Below are positions 10,438 to 20,571 of a stretch of 64,000 nucleotides of DNA, one piece after another. The first letter of the stretch is position 1. Every line of letters starts with the position of its first letter. The position numbers and the translations under genes were made by a program. Under the pieces are notes generated by a model that saw nothing but the letters and a program-made list of their open reading frames with translations, was not told where the DNA came from and searched no databases. Source of the stretch: Bacteroidota bacterium (lineage in GTDB: Bacteria > Bacteroidota > Bacteroidia > Flavobacteriales > UBA7312); NCBI GenBank assembly GCA_036340235.1, contig JAYYZE010000011.1, positions 39,492-103,491 of the forward strand. The letters are read 5' to 3'.

Positions 10438-10596
10438 TTATTTTGGCTTTACAAGGTATAAAATTAAATAGATAACTATTGGGGAGCCAAAACCCAAAAT
10501 AGCAGCGACAATAAACAAGGCGCGAATACCTGTTACATCTAATTCAAATTTTTCTGAAAGCCAGAAACATACACCTAGTAGTTTTTTTTCAGTCAT
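10438..10596 (-). CDS. small PspC-domain membrane protein (52 aa, below the ORF-track cut-off)
   Basis: My translation is MTEKKLLGVCFWLSEKFELDVTGIRALFIVAAILGFGSPIVIYLILYLVKPK*. The G(V)C..L(A/S)..F..D....R..F pattern plus one TM helix is characteristic of the PspC domain. Confidence 0.65.
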   Translation of the reverse strand: MTEKKLLGVCFWLSEKFELDVTGIRALFIVAAILGFGSPIVIYLILYLVKPK

Positions 10597-10657
10597 AATG
10601 CGTTAAAAATATTATTTAATTGCGAGATTTGCTTTATATTACCCAAATCAAAAAATT

Positions 10658-11115
10658 TTAATGTGGCAAAAGTAGGTTGTCAGCGTGTAGATTTATAACA
10701 TACTTGCCGTCACTAGTTTTGAAGCCAATAATTTTGAATCCAGTTTGGTATTTTATATCCAAATCGTTGATGGTTTTATTTTGTAATTTTTAGGCAAATC
10801 TTCTAAAGAAATTTCTTCTTAATTGCTTTTAATACCGCTTATATTCTCCGCTCACACAACACGAGTTAGCACAGAAACTGAATAGGCAAATGTACCAAAA
10901 GTTGTAATAATGAGAAAACTAGCAAACAGCCTGCTGGGCTCTCTAAATTGATTTACCTACTGAAAACCCACCATTGAAACCGTTATTACTGTCATCTAAA
11001 CGACATACAAAAAACTATACTCTTCTATGAACATAAAGCCGACCACTCATATAATCACTACCAGTTAAAGGAATACTAGTGCTAGATGAACGTTTGAGGA
11101 TTGTGATTTTTATAT
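10658..11115 (-). pseudogene. relic of a K+ channel (pore domain plus RCK/TrkA-C tail) with in-frame stops and an internal deletion
   Basis: Minus-strand reading gives LVVII*VVGFMFIEEYSFLYVV*MTVITVSMVGFQ*VNQFREPSRLFASFLIITTFGTFAYSVSVLTRVV*. This is the pore helix and TVGFG-like filter, interrupted by stops. One frame over it continues GEYKRY*KQLRRNFFRRFA*KLQNKTINDLDIKYQTGFKIIGFKTSDGKYVINLHADNLLLPH*, which is TrkA-C-like. The roughly 150-aa RCK-N core between the two parts is missing. Confidence 0.5.
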
Positions 11116-11122
11116 ATTATCA

Positions 11123-11341
11123 TTAAAGGTCAAAAACACTGGGTCGTTTTTTGTATTTAAAATGATTTCTTACTCTCAAAACAAATACCATAAATAAGTA
11201 AACCAAAGGAATTCCAAAATTCACAAATGATAGGTAAATGAAAAATAGTCTAACAAATGATGGTTTTAAACCTAATTTGCTTGCCCACCAAGCACTAACT
11301 CCAAAAAATTGTTTTTCAAAAAAATGGGTAAGGTGTTTCAT
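11123..11341 (-). CDS. PspC-domain membrane protein
   Basis: 72 aa. FFGVSAWWASKLGLKPSFVRLFFIYLSFVNFGIPLVYLFMVFVL fits the PspC domain plus one TM helix. It is a paralog of the gene at 10438-10596. Confidence 0.7.
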   Translation of the reverse strand: MKHLTHFFEKQFFGVSAWWASKLGLKPSFVRLFFIYLSFVNFGIPLVYLFMVFVLRVRNHFKYKKRPSVFDL

Positions 11342-11865
11342 TTAAGCTAATTATTTTTTTCAAAAGTTGCAATTTAAACATTTTTTAGTATTACAATAAC
11401 TAGTTTTGAGTTGTATTAAGCCTTGAGACTATATGGCGTTCTTTGATTTGATACCCATTTTATCAAAATTCCTGTAAATTGTGTTGAATTCAGATTTTAT
11501 ATTTTACTAGAATTGCATTGCTCTTTCTTGATATTGCATTAGTCCCCTTTTTTGAATAAACAAATAAAAGTGGTCATATTGTGTTTATTATCATTGTTTC
11601 AACCCATTATGTTCCTAAGGTTTTTTTTCGTAGTTGGTAGGTTTTTTTAAAATGATAATGGTATGGAAAATAATCACTCACAGATATTCTAAATAGATTT
11701 TAATTGACTGCAACTTGAGCAATCAATTATTTTTGAAAACAGACCATTATTAGCGGCATGCAAAAGTACGAGTTGTGCTATGTCTAGTGGTTAAAATCTA
11801 AAATATCAAAGTGAGTGTACTGCTAAATAAAATATAATAAGTGTTCGTTCATGGCAAACATTCAG

Positions 11866-12804
11866 TTAAGGTTTTAACACTAGTGTATCTTTTGAAATTA
11901 TTGAAAAAAGTCCATAAGCAGGAATGCTACCATCATCATTATCAAAACTGTTATAGACATTCACTGGCTCTGTACCAAAAATGGCCCCTCCACCCGTTTG
12001 TTTTTGTTGAATTCTCGTCTTGTGATACTGATAAAAATCGTAATCAACACTACACAATATTATAGAAATTGAATCAATTTTAGAACCTTCTCGAACAACA
12101 TCATCATAATAGCCAAAACTAATGTATTCTAACTGCAACCTTTTGGTTTCGCCATTAAACAAGACATCATCAAATAACACTTTTTTAGCTGAAAATTCAT
12201 CATCAAATTCAAAGCTTCCATTACTTATCGAAGGGTCCGATGAATCGAATCCAAGACCATAACTATCATTTTGTATTTGCCCATCGAAATTCTCATAAGA
12301 GAAGAAGGCCTTAAGCTTAAGCAAATAGTAATTAGGCCCTATTGGATCGTTAAAGGAAAATTCTAAACTATTGACACCATCTGCTGAGCTTGATGTCAAA
12401 TTACTAGCTGTGCTAATTTCAACAGGATCTGGTGCACTAATATTTTTTGATTTTATCAGTAAATGACTTGGGTGATTAACTTCAATAGCATAAGTCTTGT
12501 TTATATCAACAGAAACGTTGCTTTGATAAAAATAAGAGGAATCAATAAAGCTAAGGGTATCAATGAGCATATCGTTTTCAAAAAGAGTTACACTAGCATT
12601 TGAATAGAACTCAAAGTTATCATTTGATAATGGATCTATGGAATGAGAGATATAAGCTCTAAATGGTTTTCCAAATTGGTTGGAAGAGTTGATGACTAAT
12701 TTTGACTCATGAGGTGGTAGATCGATGTCTATAACGGTTTGTAAATCATCACATGAGGCGAGAAATAAAATGATACTGAAAATTGAAATTAGTTTTTTCA
12801 TCAT
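11866..12804 (-). CDS. DUF4249-like lipoprotein partnered with the upstream TonB-dependent receptor
   Basis: 312 aa with a lipoprotein signal (FLASCDD). It starts 1 nt after the receptor gene ends. Size and position match the receptor + DUF4249 pairs common in Bacteroidota. The family call is from memory. Confidence 0.6.
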   Translation of the reverse strand: MMKKLISIFSIILFLASCDDLQTVIDIDLPPHESKLVINSSNQFGKPFRAYISHSIDPLSNDNFEFYSNASVTLFENDMLIDTLSFIDSSYFYQSNVSVDINKTYAIEVNHPSHLLIKSKNISAPDPVEISTASNLTSSSADGVNSLEFSFNDPIGPNYYLLKLKAFFSYENFDGQIQNDSYGLGFDSSDPSISNGSFEFDDEFSAKKVLFDDVLFNGETKRLQLEYISFGYYDDVVREGSKIDSISIILCSVDYDFYQYHKTRIQQKQTGGGAIFGTEPVNVYNSFDNDDGSIPAYGLFSIISKDTLVLKP

Positions 12805-12805
12805 T

Positions 12806-15244
12806 TTAAAATTTAAACTTATAGGTTATGGAGGGAATAATTGGAAACAAACTGACCTGCTTAGCTTGTTTGTTATTCACTAATTGGTTGTTGACAATTG
12901 TCGTTTCATTATCGATTCTTATATAGAAAGGGTTTTTTCTGTTGTAAACATTATACGCTCCAATGGACCATGTTCGCTCTCCCCATTTTTTTTGTTTATG
13001 AAAGTTTAAGCCTAGGTCAAGTCTATGGTAAGATGCCATTCTGTAATTGTTTCTGCTAGGATAATACTCAATTTCATTAATAGAATTTTCGGTAATACCA
13101 TTGATATTTCCGCCAAGGTTTATGGAGGGAAATCTGGCTGTTTCCAGAGTGATATTATTTCCCGTACCAAAGACCCAGGTCATACCAATATCGAATTTAT
13201 CGTTAAACTTGTGAGATGCAACCACTGAAATGTCATGTCTTCTGTCGTATTTATAAGGATACCATTTACCAAAATTAATATTGTCAAATTGTCGTTCACT
13301 AAAGGCTAGTGTATATCCAAACCAACCTGTTGTTTTTCCTTTTTTCTTTTGAAGAAAAAGCTCTATACCATAGGACCTTCCTTGACCAGCTATTTCTATT
13401 TTATCACGCCAATCTTGAAAATCAATGATATCGGTACCTGGCTTTAGGGAAATAAGGTTATCCATTGATTTATAGTAGCCCTCCAAGCTAATTTCGAATA
13501 ACCCATTTTTAAAATTATGATTTACAGAACATGCTAATTGCCTTGATTTTTGTGGCGGTACTGAATCGGTACTGGGAACCCAAATATCAATTGGTAGACC
13601 CACACTAGTATTACTCAATAGGTGGATGTGTTGTTGCATTTGAGCGTAGGATGCTTTGACTGACCAATCTTTGTTAATAATGTATCTAGAAGATATCCTT
13701 GGCTGCACATCTGTGTACGCCGTCCCATTGGTATTGAAGTACGCCAGATGAATGCCCGCATTTATTTTTAAGCGATCATTGACTTTGATGTCGTCCTCAA
13801 TGAATAAGAAACTATCATTATTGTATAACCTTTCTGAAAAAACAAAGGAGGTGTCTAAAATAGTGGTAGTTTGGTTTTGGAGAGAGTCAATATCAACGTT
13901 TCGTTCAAATAAATTGATTGCCCCTGGGTAAAAACTATGATAAATATAATTCACTCCAAATCTAATGTAGTGATTAGGATTAGGGATATAATCGAAATCG
14001 ATTTTAGCACCAACATCCTCTATCCCTGAATAATAAACAAATTGTAAAGAATCTTGGCTGACCATGTTTTGGAAACGCTGAAAGGTTGATGACGTCAAGT
14101 CAGTCTGAAACTGATATTTGGTAAAGGTAAGAGTGGTATTACTAAATAGCTTATTACTAAACAAATGATTCCAACGAAGTGCTGATGTTAAATTCCCCCA
14201 CTCTAATCCAAAATCTGCTTCATTGCGGTAACTGAAGTTTTCATCGGATGTTGTTTTTTGATCGTTGCTATTATAATCTTCTGAAAGGTAAAACCTATCT
14301 TTACCTGAATACAGACTTAAGTAGAGTCTATCTCTGTCAGAGATCTTGTGATTAATTTTAGCATTAATATCGTAAAAGAAGTAACCTGCTGGATTGCCAT
14401 TATTTGTTTTTCTTATAAAAGGCTGGGCTAAAATATCAATATATGTCCTTCTAGCAGAAACAATAAATGATGTTTTATCTTTTAAAATTGGTCCTTCTAT
14501 GGAAAGCTTTGAAGAAATTAATCCGACGCTTCCTTCGCCTTGGAACTTTTTCATGTTGCCTTCTTTCATGTCAATTTCAAGAACAGAGGATAATCGACCT
14601 CCAAAACGAGAAGGAAATCCACCTTTTGTTAATCTAACATTTTTTATTGCGTCAGCATTGAAAACAGAAAAGAAACCAAATAAGTGTGAGGCATTATATA
14701 CCGGAACACCGTCCAATAAAATAAGATTTTGATCAGGACCGCCGCCGCGGACATAAAAACCGCTGGTTCCTTCTCCTCCCGATTGCACACCAGGAAGTAA
14801 TTGAATTGCTTTCAACACATCTACCTCACCCAAAAACGCTGGTATGGTTTTTATCTGTTCAACGGGTACTTCCACTAAACTAGATTGAGTTCTATCCACA
14901 ACGGTTTCTTCGCCTACGACTATCACTTCTTGAATATTTTGAGCTGAAGGAGCAAGTTCAATATTCAAAGTTAAGTCTTCTGTTAAGGAAATTGATTCAG
15001 CATAAATATCGAAACCAATGTATGAGAAATCGATTTTGACATTGCCTTCGGGCAAGGTAATGGAATAAAATCCAAAAGCATTTGTAGTTGTACCCTGAAA
15101 TTGGTCTTTCCAAATGACATTAACTCCAATCAAGCTTTCGCCCGTTTCTTTGTCCACAACAAAGCCACTTATGGTGTGTTTTTGTTGGGCAATAAGGTCA
15201 ATAAAGAAAAACGAAAATATCAACGTTATTAAGTATTTTTTCAT
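12806..15244 (-). CDS. TonB-dependent receptor with N-terminal carboxypeptidase-regulatory-like domain
   Basis: Signal peptide MKKYLITLIFSFFFIDLIAQQ, preferring the ATG at 15244 over the track start at 15265. Contains a CarboxypepD_reg-like domain (ISGFVVDKETGESLIGVNVIW), a plug (FYVRGGGPDQNLILLDGVPVYN) and a barrel ending ITYKFKF. Confidence 0.85.
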   Translation of the reverse strand: MKKYLITLIFSFFFIDLIAQQKHTISGFVVDKETGESLIGVNVIWKDQFQGTTTNAFGFYSITLPEGNVKIDFSYIGFDIYAESISLTEDLTLNIELAPSAQNIQEVIVVGEETVVDRTQSSLVEVPVEQIKTIPAFLGEVDVLKAIQLLPGVQSGGEGTSGFYVRGGGPDQNLILLDGVPVYNASHLFGFFSVFNADAIKNVRLTKGGFPSRFGGRLSSVLEIDMKEGNMKKFQGEGSVGLISSKLSIEGPILKDKTSFIVSARRTYIDILAQPFIRKTNNGNPAGYFFYDINAKINHKISDRDRLYLSLYSGKDRFYLSEDYNSNDQKTTSDENFSYRNEADFGLEWGNLTSALRWNHLFSNKLFSNTTLTFTKYQFQTDLTSSTFQRFQNMVSQDSLQFVYYSGIEDVGAKIDFDYIPNPNHYIRFGVNYIYHSFYPGAINLFERNVDIDSLQNQTTTILDTSFVFSERLYNNDSFLFIEDDIKVNDRLKINAGIHLAYFNTNGTAYTDVQPRISSRYIINKDWSVKASYAQMQQHIHLLSNTSVGLPIDIWVPSTDSVPPQKSRQLACSVNHNFKNGLFEISLEGYYKSMDNLISLKPGTDIIDFQDWRDKIEIAGQGRSYGIELFLQKKKGKTTGWFGYTLAFSERQFDNINFGKWYPYKYDRRHDISVVASHKFNDKFDIGMTWVFGTGNNITLETARFPSINLGGNINGITENSINEIEYYPSRNNYRMASYHRLDLGLNFHKQKKWGERTWSIGAYNVYNRKNPFYIRIDNETTIVNNQLVNNKQAKQVSLFPIIPSITYKFKF

Positions 15245-15258
15245 GAATTTATTAATAA

Positions 15259-16068
15259 TCAACATCGTTTATCAAGCTCTATTTTCATTTCTTGTTGTAG
15301 TAATAACGCTTGTTTTCTAGCTTTCATTGCAAAATCTTTTGAATGATCAGCATATATGATTGCTCTTGAAGAATTAACCAAGAGACCACAATGTTTGTTC
15401 ATTCCGTATTTGGCCACTTCAGACAAACTACCACCTTGTGCCCCAATACCTGGTACTAAAAGAAAGTGATTTGGTGCAATTTTTCTAATGTCTTGCAACA
15501 ATTCAGCACGCGTAGCTCCTACTACAAACATGACATTATCTCCGTAAGATTGTGACTTTTCAAGTACTTTTTGGTACAGTGTTGTGCCATATTTATCTGA
15601 GGTCATTTGAAAATCTAGACCACCAGGGTTTGATGTTAATGCTAAAACTATAGCCCATTTGTCTTTAAACTTTAGAAAAGGTACAACAGAGTCATAGCCC
15701 ATATATGGAGCAACAGTTACTGCATCGAAATTGAAGTTTTCAAAGAATGTTTTAGCGTACATCTTAGATGTATTACCTATGTCTCCGCGTTTGGCATCGG
15801 CTATAGTAAAAAGGTTGTCTGGAATATAGTCTATTGTTTTTCTGAGACTTTCCCATCCTTTTTCGCCTAGGCATTCGTAAAAGGCAATATTAGGTTTGTA
15901 AGCAACACATAAATCATGTGTCGCATCTATTATCTGTTTGTTAAATTCAAAAATAGGATCATCAAGGTCTAAAAGATGTTTGGGAATTTTTTGTAAGTCG
16001 GTATCTAAGCCAACACATAAAAAAGATTCTTTTTGTTGAATATGCTTAAATAAATCGATAGCTTTCAT
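15259..16068 (-). CDS. pyrF: orotidine 5'-phosphate decarboxylase (type 2)
   Basis: 269 aa. CVGLDTD and the active-site [13 protein letters not shown]. Confidence 0.9.
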   Translation of the reverse strand: MKAIDLFKHIQQKESFLCVGLDTDLQKIPKHLLDLDDPIFEFNKQIIDATHDLCVAYKPNIAFYECLGEKGWESLRKTIDYIPDNLFTIADAKRGDIGNTSKMYAKTFFENFNFDAVTVAPYMGYDSVVPFLKFKDKWAIVLALTSNPGGLDFQMTSDKYGTTLYQKVLEKSQSYGDNVMFVVGATRAELLQDIRKIAPNHFLLVPGIGAQGGSLSEVAKYGMNKHCGLLVNSSRAIIYADHSKDFAMKARKQALLLQQEMKIELDKRC

Positions 16069-16069
16069 C

Positions 16070-17140
16070 TTATTCAGATTGAGTGGTTCCCTCTTTCAGC
16101 CTTTCGGCATTTTCGGCAATTTTTAATTCTTCAATGAATTTATCTAAATCACCATTGACGACGTTAGTCAAATTATATTGCGTTAATCCAATACGGTGAT
16201 CTGTTACCCTTCCTTGGGGGTAGTTGTAGGTTCTAATTTTTGCAGAGCGATCACCTGTTACAACCATAGATTTTCGTCTTCCTGACAACTCTTCCAAACG
16301 CTTTTGTAATTCAATCTCATAAATTCTTGATCGAAGTACTTTGAGTGCCTTATCATAATTTTTATGTTGGGATTTTTGATCTTGACATTGAGCCACAATC
16401 CCAGTTGGTATGTGCGTGAGTCTAACAGCGGAATAAGTCGTATTAACGGATTGTCCGCCTGGCCCTGAGGAACAATAAGTGTCTTTTCGTATATCGCTGT
16501 CCTTGATCTCTACATCAAACTCTTCAGCTTCTGGCATTACTACTACAGAAGCTGCGGAGGTATGTACCCTTCCCTGTGTCTCGGTCTGTGGTACCCGTTG
16601 TACTCTATGAACTCCCGACTCAAATTTCAACATTCCATAAACATCCGCCCCATTGACATTGAAAATGATTTCTTTATACCCCCCTGAGGTGCCTTCGGCA
16701 ACATCAACAAGCTCAATTTTCCAGCCTTTAGAACTGGCAAAATTAGAATACATTCTGTGTAAATCACCAGTAAAAATACTGGCTTCATCGCCTCCAGCGC
16801 CTGCTCTAATTTCGACTACTGCGTTTTTGGCATCTGCTGGATCCTTTGGAATGAGAAGTACTTTTATCTCTTCTTCCAAAGTATCCTTATTTGGAATTAA
16901 TACCTCTAACTCCAATTTAGCCATTTCTTTCATCTCCTCGTCTTTCAACATGTCCTTGGCATTCTCAATATTCGACAAGAGATTTTTATAATTCTTATGG
17001 GCTTCTATGATGGGTTCTAAGTCCTTGTATTCTTTATTGAGCTGGACATATTGTTTCATGTCGGCAATAATTTCTGGCTGAACTATCAATTTAGAAACTT
17101 CGTCAAATCGTATTTTAATTGCTTCTAACTTTTCTAACAT
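16070..17140 (-). CDS. prfA: peptide chain release factor 1
   Basis: 356 aa with the GGQ motif ([11 protein letters not shown]) and an RF1-type PxT tripeptide present as PQT ([17 protein letters not shown]). Confidence 0.97.
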   Translation of the reverse strand: MLEKLEAIKIRFDEVSKLIVQPEIIADMKQYVQLNKEYKDLEPIIEAHKNYKNLLSNIENAKDMLKDEEMKEMAKLELEVLIPNKDTLEEEIKVLLIPKDPADAKNAVVEIRAGAGGDEASIFTGDLHRMYSNFASSKGWKIELVDVAEGTSGGYKEIIFNVNGADVYGMLKFESGVHRVQRVPQTETQGRVHTSAASVVVMPEAEEFDVEIKDSDIRKDTYCSSGPGGQSVNTTYSAVRLTHIPTGIVAQCQDQKSQHKNYDKALKVLRSRIYEIELQKRLEELSGRRKSMVVTGDRSAKIRTYNYPQGRVTDHRIGLTQYNLTNVVNGDLDKFIEELKIAENAERLKEGTTQSE

Positions 17141-17142
17141 GA

Positions 17143-18306
17143 TTAATAAATAAATTCGCCAAATGGGCTACTAATCGTTAACTGTTTTTTGGAAGAGGCT
17201 TCCACTCTGCCTATGATTTTGGCTTCGACATTAAATGTTTCTGAAATGGAAATGATGTCTTGTGCAATTTCTTGTGGAACATACAACTCCATCCGATGTC
17301 CCATATTGAACACTTTGTACATTTCATGCCAATCGGTTTTTGATTCTTTTTGAATTAACTGAAATAATGGCGGCACATCAAATAAATTATCCTTAATAAT
17401 GTGGAGCTTGTCAACAAAATGCAAAACTTTGGTTTGTGCACCTCCGCTACAGTGTACCATTCCGTGTATGTTTTCACGATGAGATTCTAGAATCTGTTTG
17501 ATAATGGGTGCATAAGTTCTAGTTGGTGAAAGCACCAATTTTCCAATATCGACGGATAGGTCGAGCACATCAAGTAATTTCTTACTTCCTGAATAGACTA
17601 ATTCCTTAGGAAGAGAATGATCATATGTCTCGGGATATGCTTCTGCTAAATAACTATGAAAAACATCATGTCTAGCCGAAGTCAAACCATTACTTCCCAT
17701 TCCTCCATTGTAGTTACTTTCATAGCTTGACTGTCCATATGACGAAAGGCCAACAATTACGTTACCAGAACTAATTTTATCATTTGAAATGACATCCTTT
17801 CGTGGCATTCTGCACACGACTGTGGAATCTACAATGATGGTTCGAACCAAATCACCGACATCAGCTGTTTCACCTCCTGTGGAATGAATACCAATCCCAA
17901 GGTTTCTAAGTTCGTATAATAACTCTTCTGTTCCGTTGATGATGCTAGAGATAACTTCGGCTGGAATAAGCGTTTTGTTTCTTCCAATGGTTGACGAAAC
18001 CAATATATTGTCGGTAACTCCTACACACAACAAATCGTCTAAATTCATGACAAGTGCGTCTTGAGCTATACCTTTCCAAACAGAGAGATCGCCTGTTTCG
18101 CGCCAATAAGCGTAAGCCAGCGATGATTTAGTGCCTGCACCATCAGCGTGCATCACTACGCAGTAATCATCATCATTACTCAAATAGTCAGGAACAATTT
18201 TACAAAACGCATTGGGAAAAAGTCCTTTGTCTATTTTTTTAATTGCTTGATGGACATCTTCCTTGTCTGCTGAAACTCCTCTAAGTGTATAACGACTGCC
18301 TAACAT
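17143..18306 (-). CDS. purM: AIR synthase-related protein / phosphoribosylformylglycinamidine cyclo-ligase (long Bacteroidota PurM form)
   Basis: PurM-type N and C domains ([18 protein letters not shown]). I prefer the ATG at 18306, because the track start at 18330 would place the upstream gene's terminator hairpin inside the CDS. Confidence 0.8.
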   Translation of the reverse strand: MLGSRYTLRGVSADKEDVHQAIKKIDKGLFPNAFCKIVPDYLSNDDDYCVVMHADGAGTKSSLAYAYWRETGDLSVWKGIAQDALVMNLDDLLCVGVTDNILVSSTIGRNKTLIPAEVISSIINGTEELLYELRNLGIGIHSTGGETADVGDLVRTIIVDSTVVCRMPRKDVISNDKISSGNVIVGLSSYGQSSYESNYNGGMGSNGLTSARHDVFHSYLAEAYPETYDHSLPKELVYSGSKKLLDVLDLSVDIGKLVLSPTRTYAPIIKQILESHRENIHGMVHCSGGAQTKVLHFVDKLHIIKDNLFDVPPLFQLIQKESKTDWHEMYKVFNMGHRMELYVPQEIAQDIISISETFNVEAKIIGRVEASSKKQLTISSPFGEFIY

Positions 18307-18318
18307 ACTTTTTTGAAT

Positions 18319-18346
18319 AAAAAAAAGCACCTCAAGAGAGTGAGGT
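18319..18346 (-). terminator. intrinsic terminator after the OmpA-family gene
   Basis: Minus strand ACCTCA-CTCTCT-TGAGGT-GC-TTTTTTTT: a 6-bp stem, a 6-nt loop and a U8 tract, 24 nt after the stop at 18370. Confidence 0.6.
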
Positions 18347-18369
18347 ACTTTCTTGTATTTGTATAAAGG

Positions 18370-20406
18370 TTATTTATTCTTTTTAGTAACCTCGTCTTTT
18401 TCTACATTATAGAACGAATCCAAAACAACCTTGAAATCTGTTCTTCTATTGTACTGATGAGCTTTTTCTTTATCCTTTTTTCTTCTGAGTTTATTTTCGA
18501 TAAAATCTGGTGAAAGGATTGCGCCTATCCTAAGTTTACCATCTTTAACATCCATAACGAATGGTTCGGTTTCTCCCATACCTGAAGCAATCAATCGCTT
18601 TGGTTCAATCCCTTTTGCCACCATATAATCCACACATATTTGAGCTCGTCTTTGTGATAACTCCATGTTAAACTGATCACCAGCACGACTATCTGTATGA
18701 GAACGTAACTTTATGACTACATTCGGATTTTTCTTAAGTACAACGATTAGTGCATCAAGTGCCTCTTTGGATTTTGGCCTTAATTTAGCACTGTTGTAAT
18801 CATATTCTATCCTTGGTATTATGATTTCCTTGACAGTTGGCTCTAATACAATATCTTGAATGAGATTTACTGATTCTTTGACACCGATAGTGGACTCAGT
18901 AAAAGTATTAGTTAAATAGCCTTCTTTGCTAACCTCTAATGTGTAAGACACGTTTTCCTTAATATAGTCTTCATCAAAAATATAGCGCCCTGAATTGTCA
19001 CTAATGGCTGTCATTAGACTGCCATCACTACCAACAATATCAATTTTCACATCAGAAATAATTTGCTCAGTCTTTGCATCAAAAACAACACCAGAAAGAG
19101 TAAGGTCTAGCTTTGGAAGATAAAATTGGTAAATATCATCTCCCTTACTACCAAGTCTGTTTGACGAGAGGTATCCTTTCTCCTCTTCATTTTCAAAAAT
19201 AATTCCAAAATCATCATTGGATGAATTAATTGGACTTTTCATATTTATAATTGAGCGTAAAATATTTTCGTCATCAAACTCGGCTTTAAAAATATCTAAA
19301 CCCCCCATACCTGTGTGTCCATCTGATGAAAAGTATAGTGATCCGTCGAAGTGAATGAATGGGAAAACCTCGTTACCGCTAGTGTTTATTTGTTCTCCCA
19401 TATTTATAGGTTCACTCCACTCGTCTCTTTTTATTTTCTTTACATACCATATATCATTACCACCAAATCCACCTTTCATATCAGAAGCAAAATAAAGTAC
19501 TTTACCATCGGCTCGAAGAGATGGGTGAGCAAAGCTGCTGGTACTGTCGTATGGTAGTGGTAACAAGACGGGCGATATCCAATCTTTACCTTTTTTTCTA
19601 GAAAAGTAAATTTCACATGTAGGAATGGGTTTTAACTTGGAGTTTTCGATACAACGAGTGAAATATATTTCATTTCCTCTTTGATTCATTGATGGCGTTG
19701 CTTCGTGATTTGGGGTGTTCATAGGCTCATCAAAAGGAGTGGGCTTAGACCATCTGTTTTTCTTTTTATCAAATTTTGACCAAAAAATATCGGTATATGA
19801 ATTACCTGTAAAACCATCTTTGGATTTTCCTAGCGAACCATCCCTGGTTGAAGTAAAAAATAGTTCATCATAATCTCTACTAGCGTAACACGGAGAAAAC
19901 TCTTCTTTATTTGTGTTGTGAACAAAAGGTGTGATAATATAGCGTGTGGGGTCTTGCTGAGTTTGCATGGCAAATTGGCAAGACTTGATACCAAAATCAG
20001 CTCGAGAGTCGTTGGCTTTTAGTGTTTTGTACTTTTCATATTGTTCAATTGCTGCAGAATATTGTTGCTGTTTTTGCAATACTTGTGCATATCGCAAATA
20101 AACTTCAGCATGTGGGTATTTAGCCTTAATGGCTCGTTTGTACATAGTGCTAGCCTTCTTCAAATAAATGGGGGTGGCTATATTACGCGCACATTCGGCT
20201 TGTAAAAATATAAGTTCAGCCTTTTTGGCTCGATTTTTTTCTTTCGAATATTGCTCCTTGTACAGCTTTTCAGCCTCGTGATAGTTCTTCATGACGAAGG
20301 CCTTATCGGCTTTGGTCAACTTTACCTTTTTGGGCGTATTTTGAGCGTTCGTTATCGTGAAAAACAACAAAAACAAAGGAATTAAAAGTGAAAGTAAATG
20401 TTTCAT
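18370..20406 (-). CDS. OmpA-family protein with TPR, TolB-like beta-propeller repeats and a C-terminal OmpA peptidoglycan-binding domain
   Basis: 678 aa with a signal peptide and TPR-like N-terminus. It has repeated 'E..P..S.DG..LYF.S...GG.GG.DI' propeller blades. The C-terminus reads NMELSQRRAQICVDYMVAKGI...GMGETEP (OmpA_C). Confidence 0.85.
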   Translation of the reverse strand: MKHLLSLLIPLFLLFFTITNAQNTPKKVKLTKADKAFVMKNYHEAEKLYKEQYSKEKNRAKKAELIFLQAECARNIATPIYLKKASTMYKRAIKAKYPHAEVYLRYAQVLQKQQQYSAAIEQYEKYKTLKANDSRADFGIKSCQFAMQTQQDPTRYIITPFVHNTNKEEFSPCYASRDYDELFFTSTRDGSLGKSKDGFTGNSYTDIFWSKFDKKKNRWSKPTPFDEPMNTPNHEATPSMNQRGNEIYFTRCIENSKLKPIPTCEIYFSRKKGKDWISPVLLPLPYDSTSSFAHPSLRADGKVLYFASDMKGGFGGNDIWYVKKIKRDEWSEPINMGEQINTSGNEVFPFIHFDGSLYFSSDGHTGMGGLDIFKAEFDDENILRSIINMKSPINSSNDDFGIIFENEEEKGYLSSNRLGSKGDDIYQFYLPKLDLTLSGVVFDAKTEQIISDVKIDIVGSDGSLMTAISDNSGRYIFDEDYIKENVSYTLEVSKEGYLTNTFTESTIGVKESVNLIQDIVLEPTVKEIIIPRIEYDYNSAKLRPKSKEALDALIVVLKKNPNVVIKLRSHTDSRAGDQFNMELSQRRAQICVDYMVAKGIEPKRLIASGMGETEPFVMDVKDGKLRIGAILSPDFIENKLRRKKDKEKAHQYNRRTDFKVVLDSFYNVEKDEVTKKNK

Positions 20407-20571
20407 TTCGAATACTTAGAATTTTTGCTAAAATAAGGATTTATTTCGTTTGTAAAAGCGCCAATCAAATTTCAGTTTTAAAAGTTGTTAATAAAATTAA
20501 AAATTAAGTTAATGATAGCTTCTTTTAATTGATTTATTTTTGCGAGTGATTAACTCATAAAACAAATTTTA

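Noticed and set aside
11770-11815. tRNA-like D-arm string GTCTAGTGGTTAAAATCTA.
   Set aside because: I could not fold an acceptor stem, anticodon stem or T-arm around it. It is probably chance similarity or an unrecognisable fragment.
18307-18330. Upstream (GTG) start of the purM-like ORF.
   Set aside because: The extension would run through the intrinsic terminator hairpin of the preceding gene. The ATG at 18306 is more plausible.
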